NCBI GenBank assembly: GCA_963846575.1
Contig: CAWJWJ010000002.1
Coordinates: 832,001 to 896,000 of the forward strand
Reading direction: 5' to 3'
Length of the DNA: 64,000 bases
Source of the DNA: an uncultured Nitrospiraceae bacterium
GTDB taxonomy: Bacteria; Nitrospirota; Nitrospiria; Nitrospirales; Nitrospiraceae
The notes under the pieces were generated by a model. That model was not told where the DNA came from, made no database searches, and worked only from the letters and a program-made list of their open reading frames with translations. The translations under genes and the position numbers were made by a program. Positions 17,923 through 27,548 of the stretch are shown in pieces. Numbering within the stretch: the stretch's first letter is position 1; every line of letters begins with the position of its first letter.

Positions 17923-18841
17923 GGTGCCGTCCTCCTCGATCCCCTCCAAAGAGAGCCAATACGCCGCCCTTTTTCAGCGGATGGATATGGAGATTGACTT
18001 GCGGTTTCCACCCGCTGGTGACCTCGCTTTGCCGGCGATCTGCGACTTCCATGAAGCAATCGCGACAAAAGGCCAAATGCCAGACGCGGTAATCGTGGCC
18101 GTAGTCATCGTGAAATAATTGGCCCCACTTCTGTTCGGAGAGGCAGGGATAATGTTCCGGTTCGCTCTTTCGATAATGTGATTGCAGAATCGGCATCAAG
18201 CGGTCGACTTCGTGATTGAGGCGGTCAGGTCTGCTCCGCAATTCCTGCTCCAACACCTCTATTTCCGACCCGCTCAGCCCGGTTTCATTCATTGTTCGCT
18301 GCCACCCTGTCTGGCGCCAACGTTCGAAATTTTTATAGACCCTCTGGCTTTCGGCCTGGCCGAACCCCAGCAGCTTCACCACATGAGCCTGACTGAAGCC
18401 ATAAAAGTGATAGAACAGAGCGATCAGGGCGTCGCGGCTGACGACGGCGCGTGATGCCAATCCATCGAGAAACCGTCCCACCGGGGTCAGCAGCTCCTTA
18501 TGATAACAGAGCGGATCAGGCTGACTGAACGATTTGGCAATCAAGCTATCTAATAGAAAAAACGGTCGGCAGGGAACCTCCGTTCGACCGAAGACCACAA
18601 ACCGTTCGACCAACTCGTATCCCCATCGAAGAGCGAGCTTTTCGTGGGTGATATCGTCGCCCCATTGATTTGTCTCACGAAGAAACCGTTTGGTTTGACC
18701 TGTCGCCCGGTCCAATAATTCCGGCAAAGACTTGGTGACCAGTTCATCGAACTCGCGTTCGGTGGTCACGACATTGTTCAGTCGCGCGGAGAAAATCTGA
18801 CCGTCCCGCATAGTCTTTCCGTCCGGTAATCTTGACGACAT
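17879..18841 (-). CDS. Sigma70 region-4-like HTH protein with a C-terminal zinc-binding (ZAS-like) motif
   Basis: RDALIALFYHFYGFSQAHVVKLLGF...SQRVYKNFERWR (HTH-like); C233-x21-HLAFCRDC (H255, C259, C262). Confidence 0.65.
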   Translation of the reverse strand: MSSRLPDGKTMRDGQIFSARLNNVVTTEREFDELVTKSLPELLDRATGQTKRFLRETNQWGDDITHEKLALRWGYELVERFVVFGRTEVPCRPFFLLDSLIAKSFSQPDPLCYHKELLTPVGRFLDGLASRAVVSRDALIALFYHFYGFSQAHVVKLLGFGQAESQRVYKNFERWRQTGWQRTMNETGLSGSEIEVLEQELRSRPDRLNHEVDRLMPILQSHYRKSEPEHYPCLSEQKWGQLFHDDYGHDYRVWHLAFCRDCFMEVADRRQSEVTSGWKPQVNLHIHPLKKGGVLALFGGDRGGRHHGSPRAQRLSRTSA

Positions 18842-19035
18842 AATGGCCAGGTCCTCAGGAAATTACAATTCGACAAGTGCGTCTGTAAGAAGACCATATT
18901 TGTCCATGAACGGTCAATGGGTTGGGAGATCGCCATGGTATGGCTGCCGGCACATGGAATCAGCCGTTTCTGTTGGAATAGGCAGCCGTGGCTTTCCTTG
19001 ATGAGCAAGTGGCTGAACCGGTGGCCGGCAGTGCA

Positions 19036-20688
19036 CTACGGTCGATCGGTGGAAAGGCGTTTGGCCAGCCGTCGAGCCAATCGCATCATGGCCGGTGAGC
19101 GGTCGGCTGGATCGAGCATCACATTGATGACATAGGGTTGACTCGTGTCTCCGAGGGCCTTGGCCAGGGCCTGCACGAATTCCCCGTGCGTGGCTACCCG
19201 CGAGCCCTGTCCGCCGCCAATCAGCTCGCAGATCCGTTCGTAGTGCCATTCATGGATATCATTAAAAGGGCCTTCTAAAATTTCTCGCTCGGTCGAGTAC
19301 CCGCGGTTGTTCAGCACGATCACCACGGGGGCCTGTCCATAACGCACCGCGGTCGATAATTCCGACCCCGTCATCTGGAACGCGCCATCACCCACGAGCA
19401 CGATCGGTCGGAGCGAGGGATCGGCAAAGCCGGCTCCGATGGCTGCTGGGACGGCAAACCCCATCGATGTGTAGTAGGCGGGCGACAGAAACTCGAAGCG
19501 GCGGTGGACGTGGAGGTCGACGGATGCGAACAGCGATTCTCCCACGTCGGCGATGACCAGAGTCTGTTCGTCCAGGACGGTATCAAGATGCCGGAACACG
19601 CCTTGGAGCGTGACGGAGGCCTCAGCCGGCGGCAGTGGTTCATCGAATTGTTGGGCCGATGGTAATGTAGGGGCCGGAAACGAGGGGAGATGCGCGCCGG
19701 CCAGTCCCTTCACAAAATCTTCAAACCGGATGGAATCATACTGATGATGTTTAATGGCGATACGATCGGCGGTCGCATGGATCGTGTGCCCGTCTGAGAA
19801 CAAAGCGCTTCGTGCATCCAGGTCTTCCACGTCAGAGAGAATGGAGCCAAGAATGAGCAGGCAATCGGTTTGGTTCACGAACTCTTTTACTTCATCTCGA
19901 GCCACCAGGCCGCTATACACGCCGACATAGAGGGGATGGTCCTCGCGTATGATCGATTTTCCCAGGAGAGTCGAGGCAATGGGCACGTTGAGGCGTTCCA
20001 CAAGCCGGGTCAGTTCGTTATGGAGACCGAAGCGTCCCACCTCGGCGCCGGCTAAAATCACCGGTCGCTTGGCCGACTCCAGCATCGTCCGCACCTCAGC
20101 CAGGGCCTCATCCAGGGCCGCAGGGTCAGTCCGCTCATCCTGGGTCGCGGTGGCTTGCGAGCTTCCGGCAAGCCGCACATGCACCATGTCGCGGGGGATC
20201 TCCAAATAAATCGGCCGTCGATAACGTAGCAACGCTGCGAAGGCGCGGTCCATCTCCCGCTGCGCGGTCACAGGGTCCTCCAAACTCACCGCAGCCACCG
20301 TCATTTTTTCAAAAACCTCCCGCTGGGTCGAAAATTCCCGCACCATGTGGTGCAGGTACGGGTTGCGTGCTCGTTCCGACAGCCCCGGCGAGCCTGTGAG
20401 GAGCACGACGGGCGATCGTTCAGCATAGGCGCAGGCGATGGCGTTGACCGTATTCAGTCCTCCGACACAGTAGGTCACGCAGAGGGCGCCGATCCCGTTG
20501 ATGCGCGCATAGGCGTCGGCGGCAAAGCCCGCGCAATCCTCCCGGGTCGTGCCAACATGTTGAATGGGAGAGGCCTCCAATAATTTATACAAGCCCAGCA
20601 CATAGTCGCCGGGGATTCCGAACATGTGGCGCACGCCGAGCTGATGGAGTCGATGTAACACTGCGGTCCCGATAGTCTGCTTGGTCAT
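19036..20688 (-). CDS. ThDP-dependent alpha-keto acid decarboxylase (pyruvate/indolepyruvate decarboxylase family)
   Basis: MFGIPGDY, E..AGFAADAYAR, TYCVGGL, YLHH, GDGAFQMTG...LNNRGYSTER; start moved to 20688 (GAGG RBS). Confidence 0.92.
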   Translation of the reverse strand: MTKQTIGTAVLHRLHQLGVRHMFGIPGDYVLGLYKLLEASPIQHVGTTREDCAGFAADAYARINGIGALCVTYCVGGLNTVNAIACAYAERSPVVLLTGSPGLSERARNPYLHHMVREFSTQREVFEKMTVAAVSLEDPVTAQREMDRAFAALLRYRRPIYLEIPRDMVHVRLAGSSQATATQDERTDPAALDEALAEVRTMLESAKRPVILAGAEVGRFGLHNELTRLVERLNVPIASTLLGKSIIREDHPLYVGVYSGLVARDEVKEFVNQTDCLLILGSILSDVEDLDARSALFSDGHTIHATADRIAIKHHQYDSIRFEDFVKGLAGAHLPSFPAPTLPSAQQFDEPLPPAEASVTLQGVFRHLDTVLDEQTLVIADVGESLFASVDLHVHRRFEFLSPAYYTSMGFAVPAAIGAGFADPSLRPIVLVGDGAFQMTGSELSTAVRYGQAPVVIVLNNRGYSTEREILEGPFNDIHEWHYERICELIGGGQGSRVATHGEFVQALAKALGDTSQPYVINVMLDPADRSPAMMRLARRLAKRLSTDRP

Positions 20689-20902
20689 TGCGCCTCGCCT
20701 GGTGAAAGAGCGGTGATTGAGCGGCCGATAATCCGACTGTCTGCCGCAGCAAACCATAGGCGCCAGGGAAGGTCAAGCAGGGAGCCATCCTCCTGCCCGT
20801 ATCGGCACTGGTTGCTTCGCGGACTAATTTCAGGCACCCTCGTGAGCCATCCGCCAAATCCTACGCCGCGGAGATCGACACGCGCATGCAACACCGACGA
20901 CC

Positions 20903-22099
20903 ATGACAGAGATCCCCGCAACCCCCACTGCCAAGATTCGTCTCAGGCCTGAGCGTGAACGGCCACCGTATTATGGCCACCTTTGGGTGTTCGACGGCCA
21001 CGTCGCCGAAGTGCTGGGGAGTCCCGGCGCCGGAGACGTCGTGGATGTTTATACGCATCAGAAGCGTTTTTTCGGTCGTGGCTTCTACAATCCGCATTCC
21101 AAAATTCGGGTTCGCCTCTTGAGCTTTCATGACGAACCGATCGACGAGACTTTTTTCGCTTCACGGCTTCGAGCCGCATCGGCGCTACGGCAGATTGTGG
21201 CCGGCCATACCAATGCCTGTCGTCTCGTGCATGGTGAAAGCGATCTCCTGCCAGGGCTCGTGATCGACCGGTTTGATGACGTTGCGGTCATGCAGACGCT
21301 GAGCTACGGCATGGACATCCGCAAAGAAATGTTAGCCGGGTTGCTCCTGCAGGAAGGTGGCGTGCGCACCGTTTATTTGCGCAATGATGGGAAGAGCAGG
21401 ACATTGGAGGGCCTGCCCCTGTCAAAAGGATTTCTCCGTGGGAATGACAAGACAACGGTAGAGATTCACGAGGGGAAGGCCCGATTCACGGTCGACTTCG
21501 CGGAGGGCCAGAAAACCGGGTGGTTTTGCGATCAGCGCGAGAACCGATTGGCGGCGTCCGTCTTCGCCCAGGGGAAAACGGTGTTGGAAGCCTTTTGTCA
21601 CACGGGCGCGTTTGGTATTCAGGCGGCGCTAGCCGGCGCGCAATCAGTCGAAGGCCTGGACGTGAGTGCGACGGCCGTTGGATCGGCCCAGGCCCATGCG
21701 GTGGACAATGAGGTCGGCTCACGTTGTCGGTATCGTCAGGCCGATGCGTTTGAGGAATTGCGCGCGATCGAGCAGACCGCGCAACGGTATGACGTGGTCA
21801 TTCTCGATCCGCCGGCGTTCGCCCGCAGCAAAAAGGCCGTGCCCCACGCATTGGCCGGTTATAAAGAAGTGAACCTGCGCGGACTTCGCCTGCTACAGGC
21901 CGGCGGAGTGCTGGTCACCTGTTCCTGTTCGCAACCCATCGGTACCCAGGATTTCTGGATGATGCTGCAGGCTGCGGCTCGCGATGCCCGACGGCACATT
22001 CGCCTGCTCGAACAGCGCGGGCAAGGGCCGGACCATCCCGTGCTCGCCGGGATGCCGGAAACACAATATCTCAAATGTTTTATCGTGCAAGTATTCTGA
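20903..22099 (+). CDS. rlmI: 23S rRNA m5C1962 methyltransferase, RlmI family
   Basis: PUA N-terminus (GHLWVF), GESDLLPGLVID, GQKTGWFCDQRENR, VILDPPAF, DHPVL...ETQYLK. Confidence 0.9.
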   Translation: MTEIPATPTAKIRLRPERERPPYYGHLWVFDGHVAEVLGSPGAGDVVDVYTHQKRFFGRGFYNPHSKIRVRLLSFHDEPIDETFFASRLRAASALRQIVAGHTNACRLVHGESDLLPGLVIDRFDDVAVMQTLSYGMDIRKEMLAGLLLQEGGVRTVYLRNDGKSRTLEGLPLSKGFLRGNDKTTVEIHEGKARFTVDFAEGQKTGWFCDQRENRLAASVFAQGKTVLEAFCHTGAFGIQAALAGAQSVEGLDVSATAVGSAQAHAVDNEVGSRCRYRQADAFEELRAIEQTAQRYDVVILDPPAFARSKKAVPHALAGYKEVNLRGLRLLQAGGVLVTCSCSQPIGTQDFWMMLQAAARDARRHIRLLEQRGQGPDHPVLAGMPETQYLKCFIVQVF

Positions 22100-22106
22100 G
22101 TGCCAC

Positions 22107-24116
22107 ATGTCCGATCACGATGCTTCCCCGGAGAACGTCGATCAGCCTGTCGTCCCCGCCTCAACCACGCTTCCTGAAATCACCGTCAAAGCCGTGGTAC
22201 TGTCGATTGTCCTCTCCGCCGTCCTAGCCGGGGCCAATGCATACCTGGGTCTGTTTGCCGGCATGACCGTTTCCGCGTCGATTCCCGCCGCCGTCCTATC
22301 TATGGCGGTTCTGCGGCTGTTCCGTGAGTCGAATATTTTAGAAAACAACATTGTCCAAACTGCTGCGTCCTCGGGTGAGGCGCTGGCGGCCGGGGTGATT
22401 TTCACCATTCCCGGTTTAGTCCTGATCGGGTATTGGGCGGCATTCGACTATTGGCAAACGTTCGCCGTGGCGCTTGTCGGTGGAATACTCGGCGTGTTGT
22501 TTACCATTCCACTTCGCCGGGCTTTGATCATCCACGCGCGGCTGCGTTTTCCGGAAGGGGTGGCCACGGCGGAAGTTCTCAAAGTCGGAGCCTCGTCGAG
22601 TGCCGATGCGGCCGGCAGCGTCCGGATGTTGCTGGGAGCGGCTGCCGCGGGCGCCTGCGTTAAGTTTGCCGAAGGCGGCTTGAAACTCTGGAGCGAGTCG
22701 CTCGAAGGGGTGGTTCAATTCGGGCGAGCCACACTGTACGGTGGGCTCAACCTGTCACCGGCGCTTCTAGCCGTCGGATACATCATCGGCCTCAACACTG
22801 CCGTGGTGGTGTTTCTCGGCGGGGCGCTCAGCTGGCTGGTCTTGCTGCCGCTCTTTCAACTCTTCGTCGGTCAGCCCGGCGCGCTGACTGGTCTGGCGGC
22901 AGCTAAAACCACATGGAGCGGGCAGATTCGCTATATCGGTATAGGCGCGATGCTGGTCGGAGGAATGTGGACTCTGGTTCAAATCCGCGGTCCCATTCTC
23001 CAAAGCTTGCGTCAAATCACGGCGCTGTATGGAATTCATCGCCAGCGGCAGGCGCCTGGGACCGTCCCACGTACCGAACGTGATGCCTCCCTCGTCTGGT
23101 TAGTTGGACTAACAGTTATCTCGCTGGTCCTCATGGTCCTGCTGTATCAACACTTGCTCGGTCACCATTTCTGGGGCGGAATCGGATTGACCCTCTTGAT
23201 GGCCGTCACGGCATTCCTGTTTTCTTCCGTGGCGGGCTACATGGCAGGGCTAGTAGGAAGTTCGAGCAATCCTGTTTCGGGTGTGACAATTGCGACTATC
23301 ATGCTCGCCTCGCTGCTTTTATTGGGAATATTGGGGCGGGATAGTTCTATCGGACCAGCGGCAGCATTGCTGGTGGGGGCTGTGGTCTGCTGCGCTGCGG
23401 CCATGGGAGGCGACAACCTTCAGGATTTGAAAACGGGCCATCTCGTCGGGGCCACACCCTGGAAGCAGCAGGTCATGCAGATTATCGGCGTGGCGACCGG
23501 TGCCGTTGTCATCGTGCCGGTTCTAACCATATTGCAGGCGAAGTACGGAATTGGCGATGCCACAGATGCCCATCCCCATCCGCTCCTAGCCCCGCAGGCC
23601 ACCCTGATGGCGAATCTTGCTCGAGGGGTGTTCGGTGGATCTCTGCCTTGGCACCTGGTTGGAGTCGGCATTCTGGTAGGAATGGTTGTGATTGGGATCG
23701 ATGTGCGACAGGCGGGGCGGAAGTCGGGCTTCCGCCTGCCCGTTCTGGCGGTTGCGCTCGGCATGTATCTGCCGCTGAAGCTATCGGCGACAATTCTGGT
23801 CGGTGGACTGCTGGCGCAGTACGTACGAACCGGTCAGACATCTTCAGGCACTCCTGCCGACGACCGAGGCCTATTGTTCGCCGCCGGGCTGGTAACCGGT
23901 GAAGCACTGGTCGGAATTCTCCTGGCCCTGCCAATCGCGTTCGGCTCTTTCGGCTTCCCTCTTTCCGCAGAGCCGTTCGAGGTCTTTGCCGATCCACCGT
24001 TTGGAGGCTGGCCCGGACTAGGTTGTCTGGGATTTGTGGGACTTGTGCTGGTGCGGGCTAGTCGGACGCTGGTCTCCTCAGAGGAGAGGGAATTGCCGGC
24101 CGGCCATGGTAGATGA
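22107..24116 (+). CDS. OPT-family oligopeptide transporter
   Basis: NAYLGLFAGMTVSASIPAA, ENNIVQT, FPEGVATAEVL, GSSSNPVSG, LQDLKTG, LAPQATLM; many TM helices. Confidence 0.93.
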   Translation: MSDHDASPENVDQPVVPASTTLPEITVKAVVLSIVLSAVLAGANAYLGLFAGMTVSASIPAAVLSMAVLRLFRESNILENNIVQTAASSGEALAAGVIFTIPGLVLIGYWAAFDYWQTFAVALVGGILGVLFTIPLRRALIIHARLRFPEGVATAEVLKVGASSSADAAGSVRMLLGAAAAGACVKFAEGGLKLWSESLEGVVQFGRATLYGGLNLSPALLAVGYIIGLNTAVVVFLGGALSWLVLLPLFQLFVGQPGALTGLAAAKTTWSGQIRYIGIGAMLVGGMWTLVQIRGPILQSLRQITALYGIHRQRQAPGTVPRTERDASLVWLVGLTVISLVLMVLLYQHLLGHHFWGGIGLTLLMAVTAFLFSSVAGYMAGLVGSSSNPVSGVTIATIMLASLLLLGILGRDSSIGPAAALLVGAVVCCAAAMGGDNLQDLKTGHLVGATPWKQQVMQIIGVATGAVVIVPVLTILQAKYGIGDATDAHPHPLLAPQATLMANLARGVFGGSLPWHLVGVGILVGMVVIGIDVRQAGRKSGFRLPVLAVALGMYLPLKLSATILVGGLLAQYVRTGQTSSGTPADDRGLLFAAGLVTGEALVGILLALPIAFGSFGFPLSAEPFEVFADPPFGGWPGLGCLGFVGLVLVRASRTLVSSEERELPAGHGR

Positions 24117-24150
24117 TTATTCTGACGGCGTGAGGCTTGTCGTGACGCTG

Positions 24151-24621
24151 TCAATCACTGGGCGGTTCGAAATGCCCCGGTGGACGTGACTGCCAGGGCA
24201 CCGTCGCTTGTTTTGACTGCTTCACCAGACTTCGCAGACTCACTTCTGCCGCTCGTAACAGCTTGGGATCTCCGCTTTGGATGAGTGCGGTTAGCAGCAC
24301 GTACAAGGATCGATCATGCCCTGACGCCAGAAGAATTCTCTCAAGTACCGGATCGGCTCCCGTCAGGTTGGAGAGTGCTGGTTGATCCTCATCGTCGTCT
24401 TTACAGACAAGATCAAATTCCGACGGATAGCTGAACAGCCAGGGGAGGGGAATTTTAAGCGCGGTGGCTAATGCTTCCAATATCGATATGCTCGGATCCG
24501 ACGCTTCTGTTTCCAGATCCTGGAGCAGGGGGGCGGTAATTCCGGCCCGTTCGGCGAGGGCATTCTCGGAACACTTTTGCGATTGTCGCCATGCTCGAAC
24601 ATATGATCCTATATGCGGCAT
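24151..24621 (-). CDS. XRE-family HTH transcriptional regulator
   Basis: IGSYVRAWR...SENALAERAGIT...LQDLET..SDPSISILEALATAL. Confidence 0.85.
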   Translation of the reverse strand: MPHIGSYVRAWRQSQKCSENALAERAGITAPLLQDLETEASDPSISILEALATALKIPLPWLFSYPSEFDLVCKDDDEDQPALSNLTGADPVLERILLASGHDRSLYVLLTALIQSGDPKLLRAAEVSLRSLVKQSKQATVPWQSRPPGHFEPPSD

Positions 24622-24627
24622 GCCCCG

Positions 24628-24657
24628 ATATTACTGTATCCAATCCCGGGTGTGCAA
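24628..24657 (-). promoter_or_regulatory. Candidate sigma70 promoter giving a leaderless XRE mRNA
   Basis: Minus strand reads TTGCAC-N18-TAATAT-N6-ATG. Confidence 0.45.
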
Positions 24658-24798
24658 TCACACTGTGCGGAGTGTTCGTGGAATAGTTCACTGGAACATC
24701 AATGGCTTATGCGGCATTATCCTAGGTAGAACAAGGTGCCGAAATCGGGTAGAATAAGGTTCTCTGTTGGATGGACTTGAGGTGAGGAGGATCAGCCA

Positions 24799-25140
24799 AT
24801 GTTAGGAACCGACATTCGCGGCATTATGGCCGAAGAGGAAGAAGTTCAGCGGCGGCAGGAAGCCTTGCAGTCACTGATGTCGATGCGAGAGAGGTTGCTG
24901 CGTGAATCGCTGGAAGCGCGGATCAAGCGCGCCCGTGGAACCGGAGACTGGACCAACTTATCCCAAGCGGAATGCGCCAATATTTACAAAGAAGAACGCG
25001 TCCACCTTCGGGCGCAGCTGGAACGGTTGAAAGCGGAGCGGGACCGCACCCGGGGGAAGTTGTCGGCTCTCAAACGGGCCAAAGTTCGTGCGCAGCGTAT
25101 TCGAGCTGCCGAAGCCGCCGCCGGAAAGAAACGGAAATAA
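24799..25140 (+). CDS. Basic coiled-coil hypothetical protein
   Basis: GAGGAGG RBS; 113 aa, rich in R/E/A heptads. Confidence 0.75.
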   Translation: MLGTDIRGIMAEEEEVQRRQEALQSLMSMRERLLRESLEARIKRARGTGDWTNLSQAECANIYKEERVHLRAQLERLKAERDRTRGKLSALKRAKVRAQRIRAAEAAAGKKRK

Positions 25141-25151
25141 GCACCTTCTCG

Positions 25152-25182
25152 AGGGGGCCTTGCTGGATAGCAGGGCCTCCCT
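25152..25182 (+). terminator. Stem-loop after the coiled-coil gene (no U-tract)
   Basis: AGGGGGCCTTGCT-GGAT-AGCAGGGCCTCCCT imperfect inverted repeat starting 11 nt after the stop. Confidence 0.35.
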
Positions 25183-25206
25183 AGTGTCGCCGACCTTGGG
25201 AAACTG

Positions 25207-26031
25207 TTGACCTTCTCACCCCGCACTATCTCCCGAAACTTTCTCTCCCATATCCGGGACGTCATCAAGACGAAGCGTGCTCGTGATCGGGAGCGGGTCT
25301 TCGTGCTCGAAGGTACAAGACCGATCCTAGAATTATTGCAGTCGGCTCCTCAGCAAGTAGTCTGCCTCATAGTCGCACCCAGTTTTCTGGCTCGGCAATC
25401 GCCGGAAGTCCGGCAGCACATTCTGACTAGCGGTTGTACCCTCCACAGCTGTCCGGAACATACATTGGCACAATTGTCTGAGGTTGAAACGTCCGCCGGT
25501 GTGTTGGCCATTGTTCATCAACCCAGCTGGAATCAAGCCGCAGTGCTTGCGCAAGCGACGGTCTTCGGCTTGTATGGCGACATGCTTCAGGACCCGGCCA
25601 ACATCGGGACGATTATTCGAACCGCAGCGGGACTCAACGTAAGCGCATTGTGGCTGGCGCCCCACTCCGTCGATGTCTTTAATCCGAAAGTGGTGCGGGC
25701 GACCGCTGGAACACTGCTGCAGCTTCCCATATTCCCCCACACCACCCCGGACGCACTTTCCGCACTGAATTGTGCGATTCTTGCGGCCGACTCGGGGGCC
25801 GCTGGCGGGCCTGTTTCCCTCCGGGCGATCCAGACCATTCCGGCCAGGACCATTGTCGCGATTGGTAGTGAAGCTCGAGGACTGTCAGAAGCAATTCTCA
25901 CGGCGGCAAAGCGCCGCTTTACCATTCCTCTAAAGCCGGGAGTCGAATCGCTGAATGCAGCGGCAGCCGCTGCTATCGCACTGTTTCATTTGTCCGGACT
26001 ACCGGTCGAGTCTGACGAGTCCTCGCAATAA
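25207..26031 (+). CDS. TrmH/SpoU-family RNA 2'-O-methyltransferase
   Basis: FVLEG, LQDPANIGTIIRTA, FNPKVVRATAG, IGSEARGLS, VESLNAA. Confidence 0.9.
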   Translation: MTFSPRTISRNFLSHIRDVIKTKRARDRERVFVLEGTRPILELLQSAPQQVVCLIVAPSFLARQSPEVRQHILTSGCTLHSCPEHTLAQLSEVETSAGVLAIVHQPSWNQAAVLAQATVFGLYGDMLQDPANIGTIIRTAAGLNVSALWLAPHSVDVFNPKVVRATAGTLLQLPIFPHTTPDALSALNCAILAADSGAAGGPVSLRAIQTIPARTIVAIGSEARGLSEAILTAAKRRFTIPLKPGVESLNAAAAAAIALFHLSGLPVESDESSQ

Positions 26032-26186
26032 AGCCACGAGGATGTGATCCTGTTCCATCTCTGACCGATCTCAGAAGTAACGAGCGCCTCTGTCCATCTG
26101 AGACTGCCGAGCGTCCTTCCTTTTTGTCTCTCGTTTCCTTTACGATGCGCGTGGATAGGCTTCCGGGGCAAACGAGGCGAGGGGAG

Positions 26187-27548
26187 ATGAAGGCCAAGAC
26201 TTCTTTTCATTGCCAGGCATGCGGCCATCAGGCGCCAAGATGGCTCGGGCGCTGTCCTGACTGCGGAGGCTGGAACACCCTTAAGGAAGAGCGTCTGCCC
26301 GCGGCTCCCAAAGGCCGACAAGCCCTCTTGAAAACGGCCATGGCCGTGGCGACGCCGATTTCGGACATCGAGATCGTCGGTGAGCCCCGCAACAGTACGG
26401 GGATGGGTGAGTTCGACCGAGTGTTGGGTGGCGGAGTGGTCCCCGGGTCGGTCATGCTGATCGGCGGCGACCCCGGCATCGGCAAGACGACGCTGCTATT
26501 GCAAGCTTTGCCGCTCCTCGCGGGGACGGGCGAGCAAGTGCTGTATGTGTCAGGCGAGGAATCCCCCCGACAAATCAAGATGCGGGCCCAGCGCCTCGGT
26601 ATCGACGGCAAGGACCTTCTCATTCTGGGGGAAACCTCGCTCGAACAAATTTTGAAGTCCATCCAGGAAGTCCAGCCGGCGGCGGTGGTAGTGGATTCGA
26701 TTCAAACGGTCTATACGGAGCAACTCACCTCTGCGCCGGGCAGCATCAGCCAGGTGCAGGAGGTGGCCGGGCAGTTGATGTGGTTCGCCAAACGCAGCAA
26801 CGTGCCGGTATTTATTATCGGGCACGTGACGAAAGAAGGAGCCATCGCGGGCCCCCGGTTGCTCGAACATATCGTGGACACGGTATTGTACTTCGAAGGG
26901 GACAAAAGCCACAGTTTTCGCATTCTGCGAGCCGTTAAGAACAGGTTTGGTTCGACCAACGAGATCGGTGTGTTCGAGATGAAGGATGGCGGGCTGGAGG
27001 AAGTCAGCAATCCGTCCGAATTGTTTCTTGCCGAGCGGCCGAAACGCAGCACGGGTTCTGTTGTGGTCTCAAGCCTGGAGGGGACCAGACCTATTCTCGT
27101 GGAGCTGCAGGCGTTGGTGTCAGGATCTAATTATGCGATGCCGAAGCGGATGGCCAACGGGGTGGAACCCAACCGCCTCTCGCTGTTGCTCGCGGTCATG
27201 GAAAAACGCTTGGGCATGCACCTCTCCGGACAGGATGTCTACGTAAACGTCGTCGGCGGTATTCACATCGACGAGCCGGCCATTGATTTGGGAATCGTTG
27301 CGGCGGTGACGTCGAGCCTGCGCGAGTGTCCGGTCGATTTTACGACGCTTGTGATGGGCGAAGTCGGGCTGGGCGGGGAGGTTCGGGCGATCAGCCAGGC
27401 GGAGCTTCGAATTCGCGAGGCGGCCAAAATGGGATTCAAACGTTGTCTATTGCCGGAGCGGAACATGGCGAAACTCGAACCGGTCGAAGGTATCGAATTG
27501 ATCGGCATTCATGAAGTCGGAGACGCGCTGGATGCGGTGCTGGCGTAG
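26187..27548 (+). CDS. radA: DNA repair protein RadA/Sms
   Basis: CQACG...CPDC zinc finger, GDPGIGKTT, KNRFG motif, Lon-like C-terminus; start at the ATG at 26187. Confidence 0.98.
   Translation: MKAKTSFHCQACGHQAPRWLGRCPDCGGWNTLKEERLPAAPKGRQALLKTAMAVATPISDIEIVGEPRNSTGMGEFDRVLGGGVVPGSVMLIGGDPGIGKTTLLLQALPLLAGTGEQVLYVSGEESPRQIKMRAQRLGIDGKDLLILGETSLEQILKSIQEVQPAAVVVDSIQTVYTEQLTSAPGSISQVQEVAGQLMWFAKRSNVPVFIIGHVTKEGAIAGPRLLEHIVDTVLYFEGDKSHSFRILRAVKNRFGSTNEIGVFEMKDGGLEEVSNPSELFLAERPKRSTGSVVVSSLEGTRPILVELQALVSGSNYAMPKRMANGVEPNRLSLLLAVMEKRLGMHLSGQDVYVNVVGGIHIDEPAIDLGIVAAVTSSLRECPVDFTTLVMGEVGLGGEVRAISQAELRIREAAKMGFKRCLLPERNMAKLEPVEGIELIGIHEVGDALDAVLA

Noticed and set aside
17879..17949. Frameshift splitting a single anti-sigma gene
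   Set aside because: The downstream ORF has its own strong GAGGAGG RBS and ATG at 17922, and no slippery site is evident; not fully excluded without homologues
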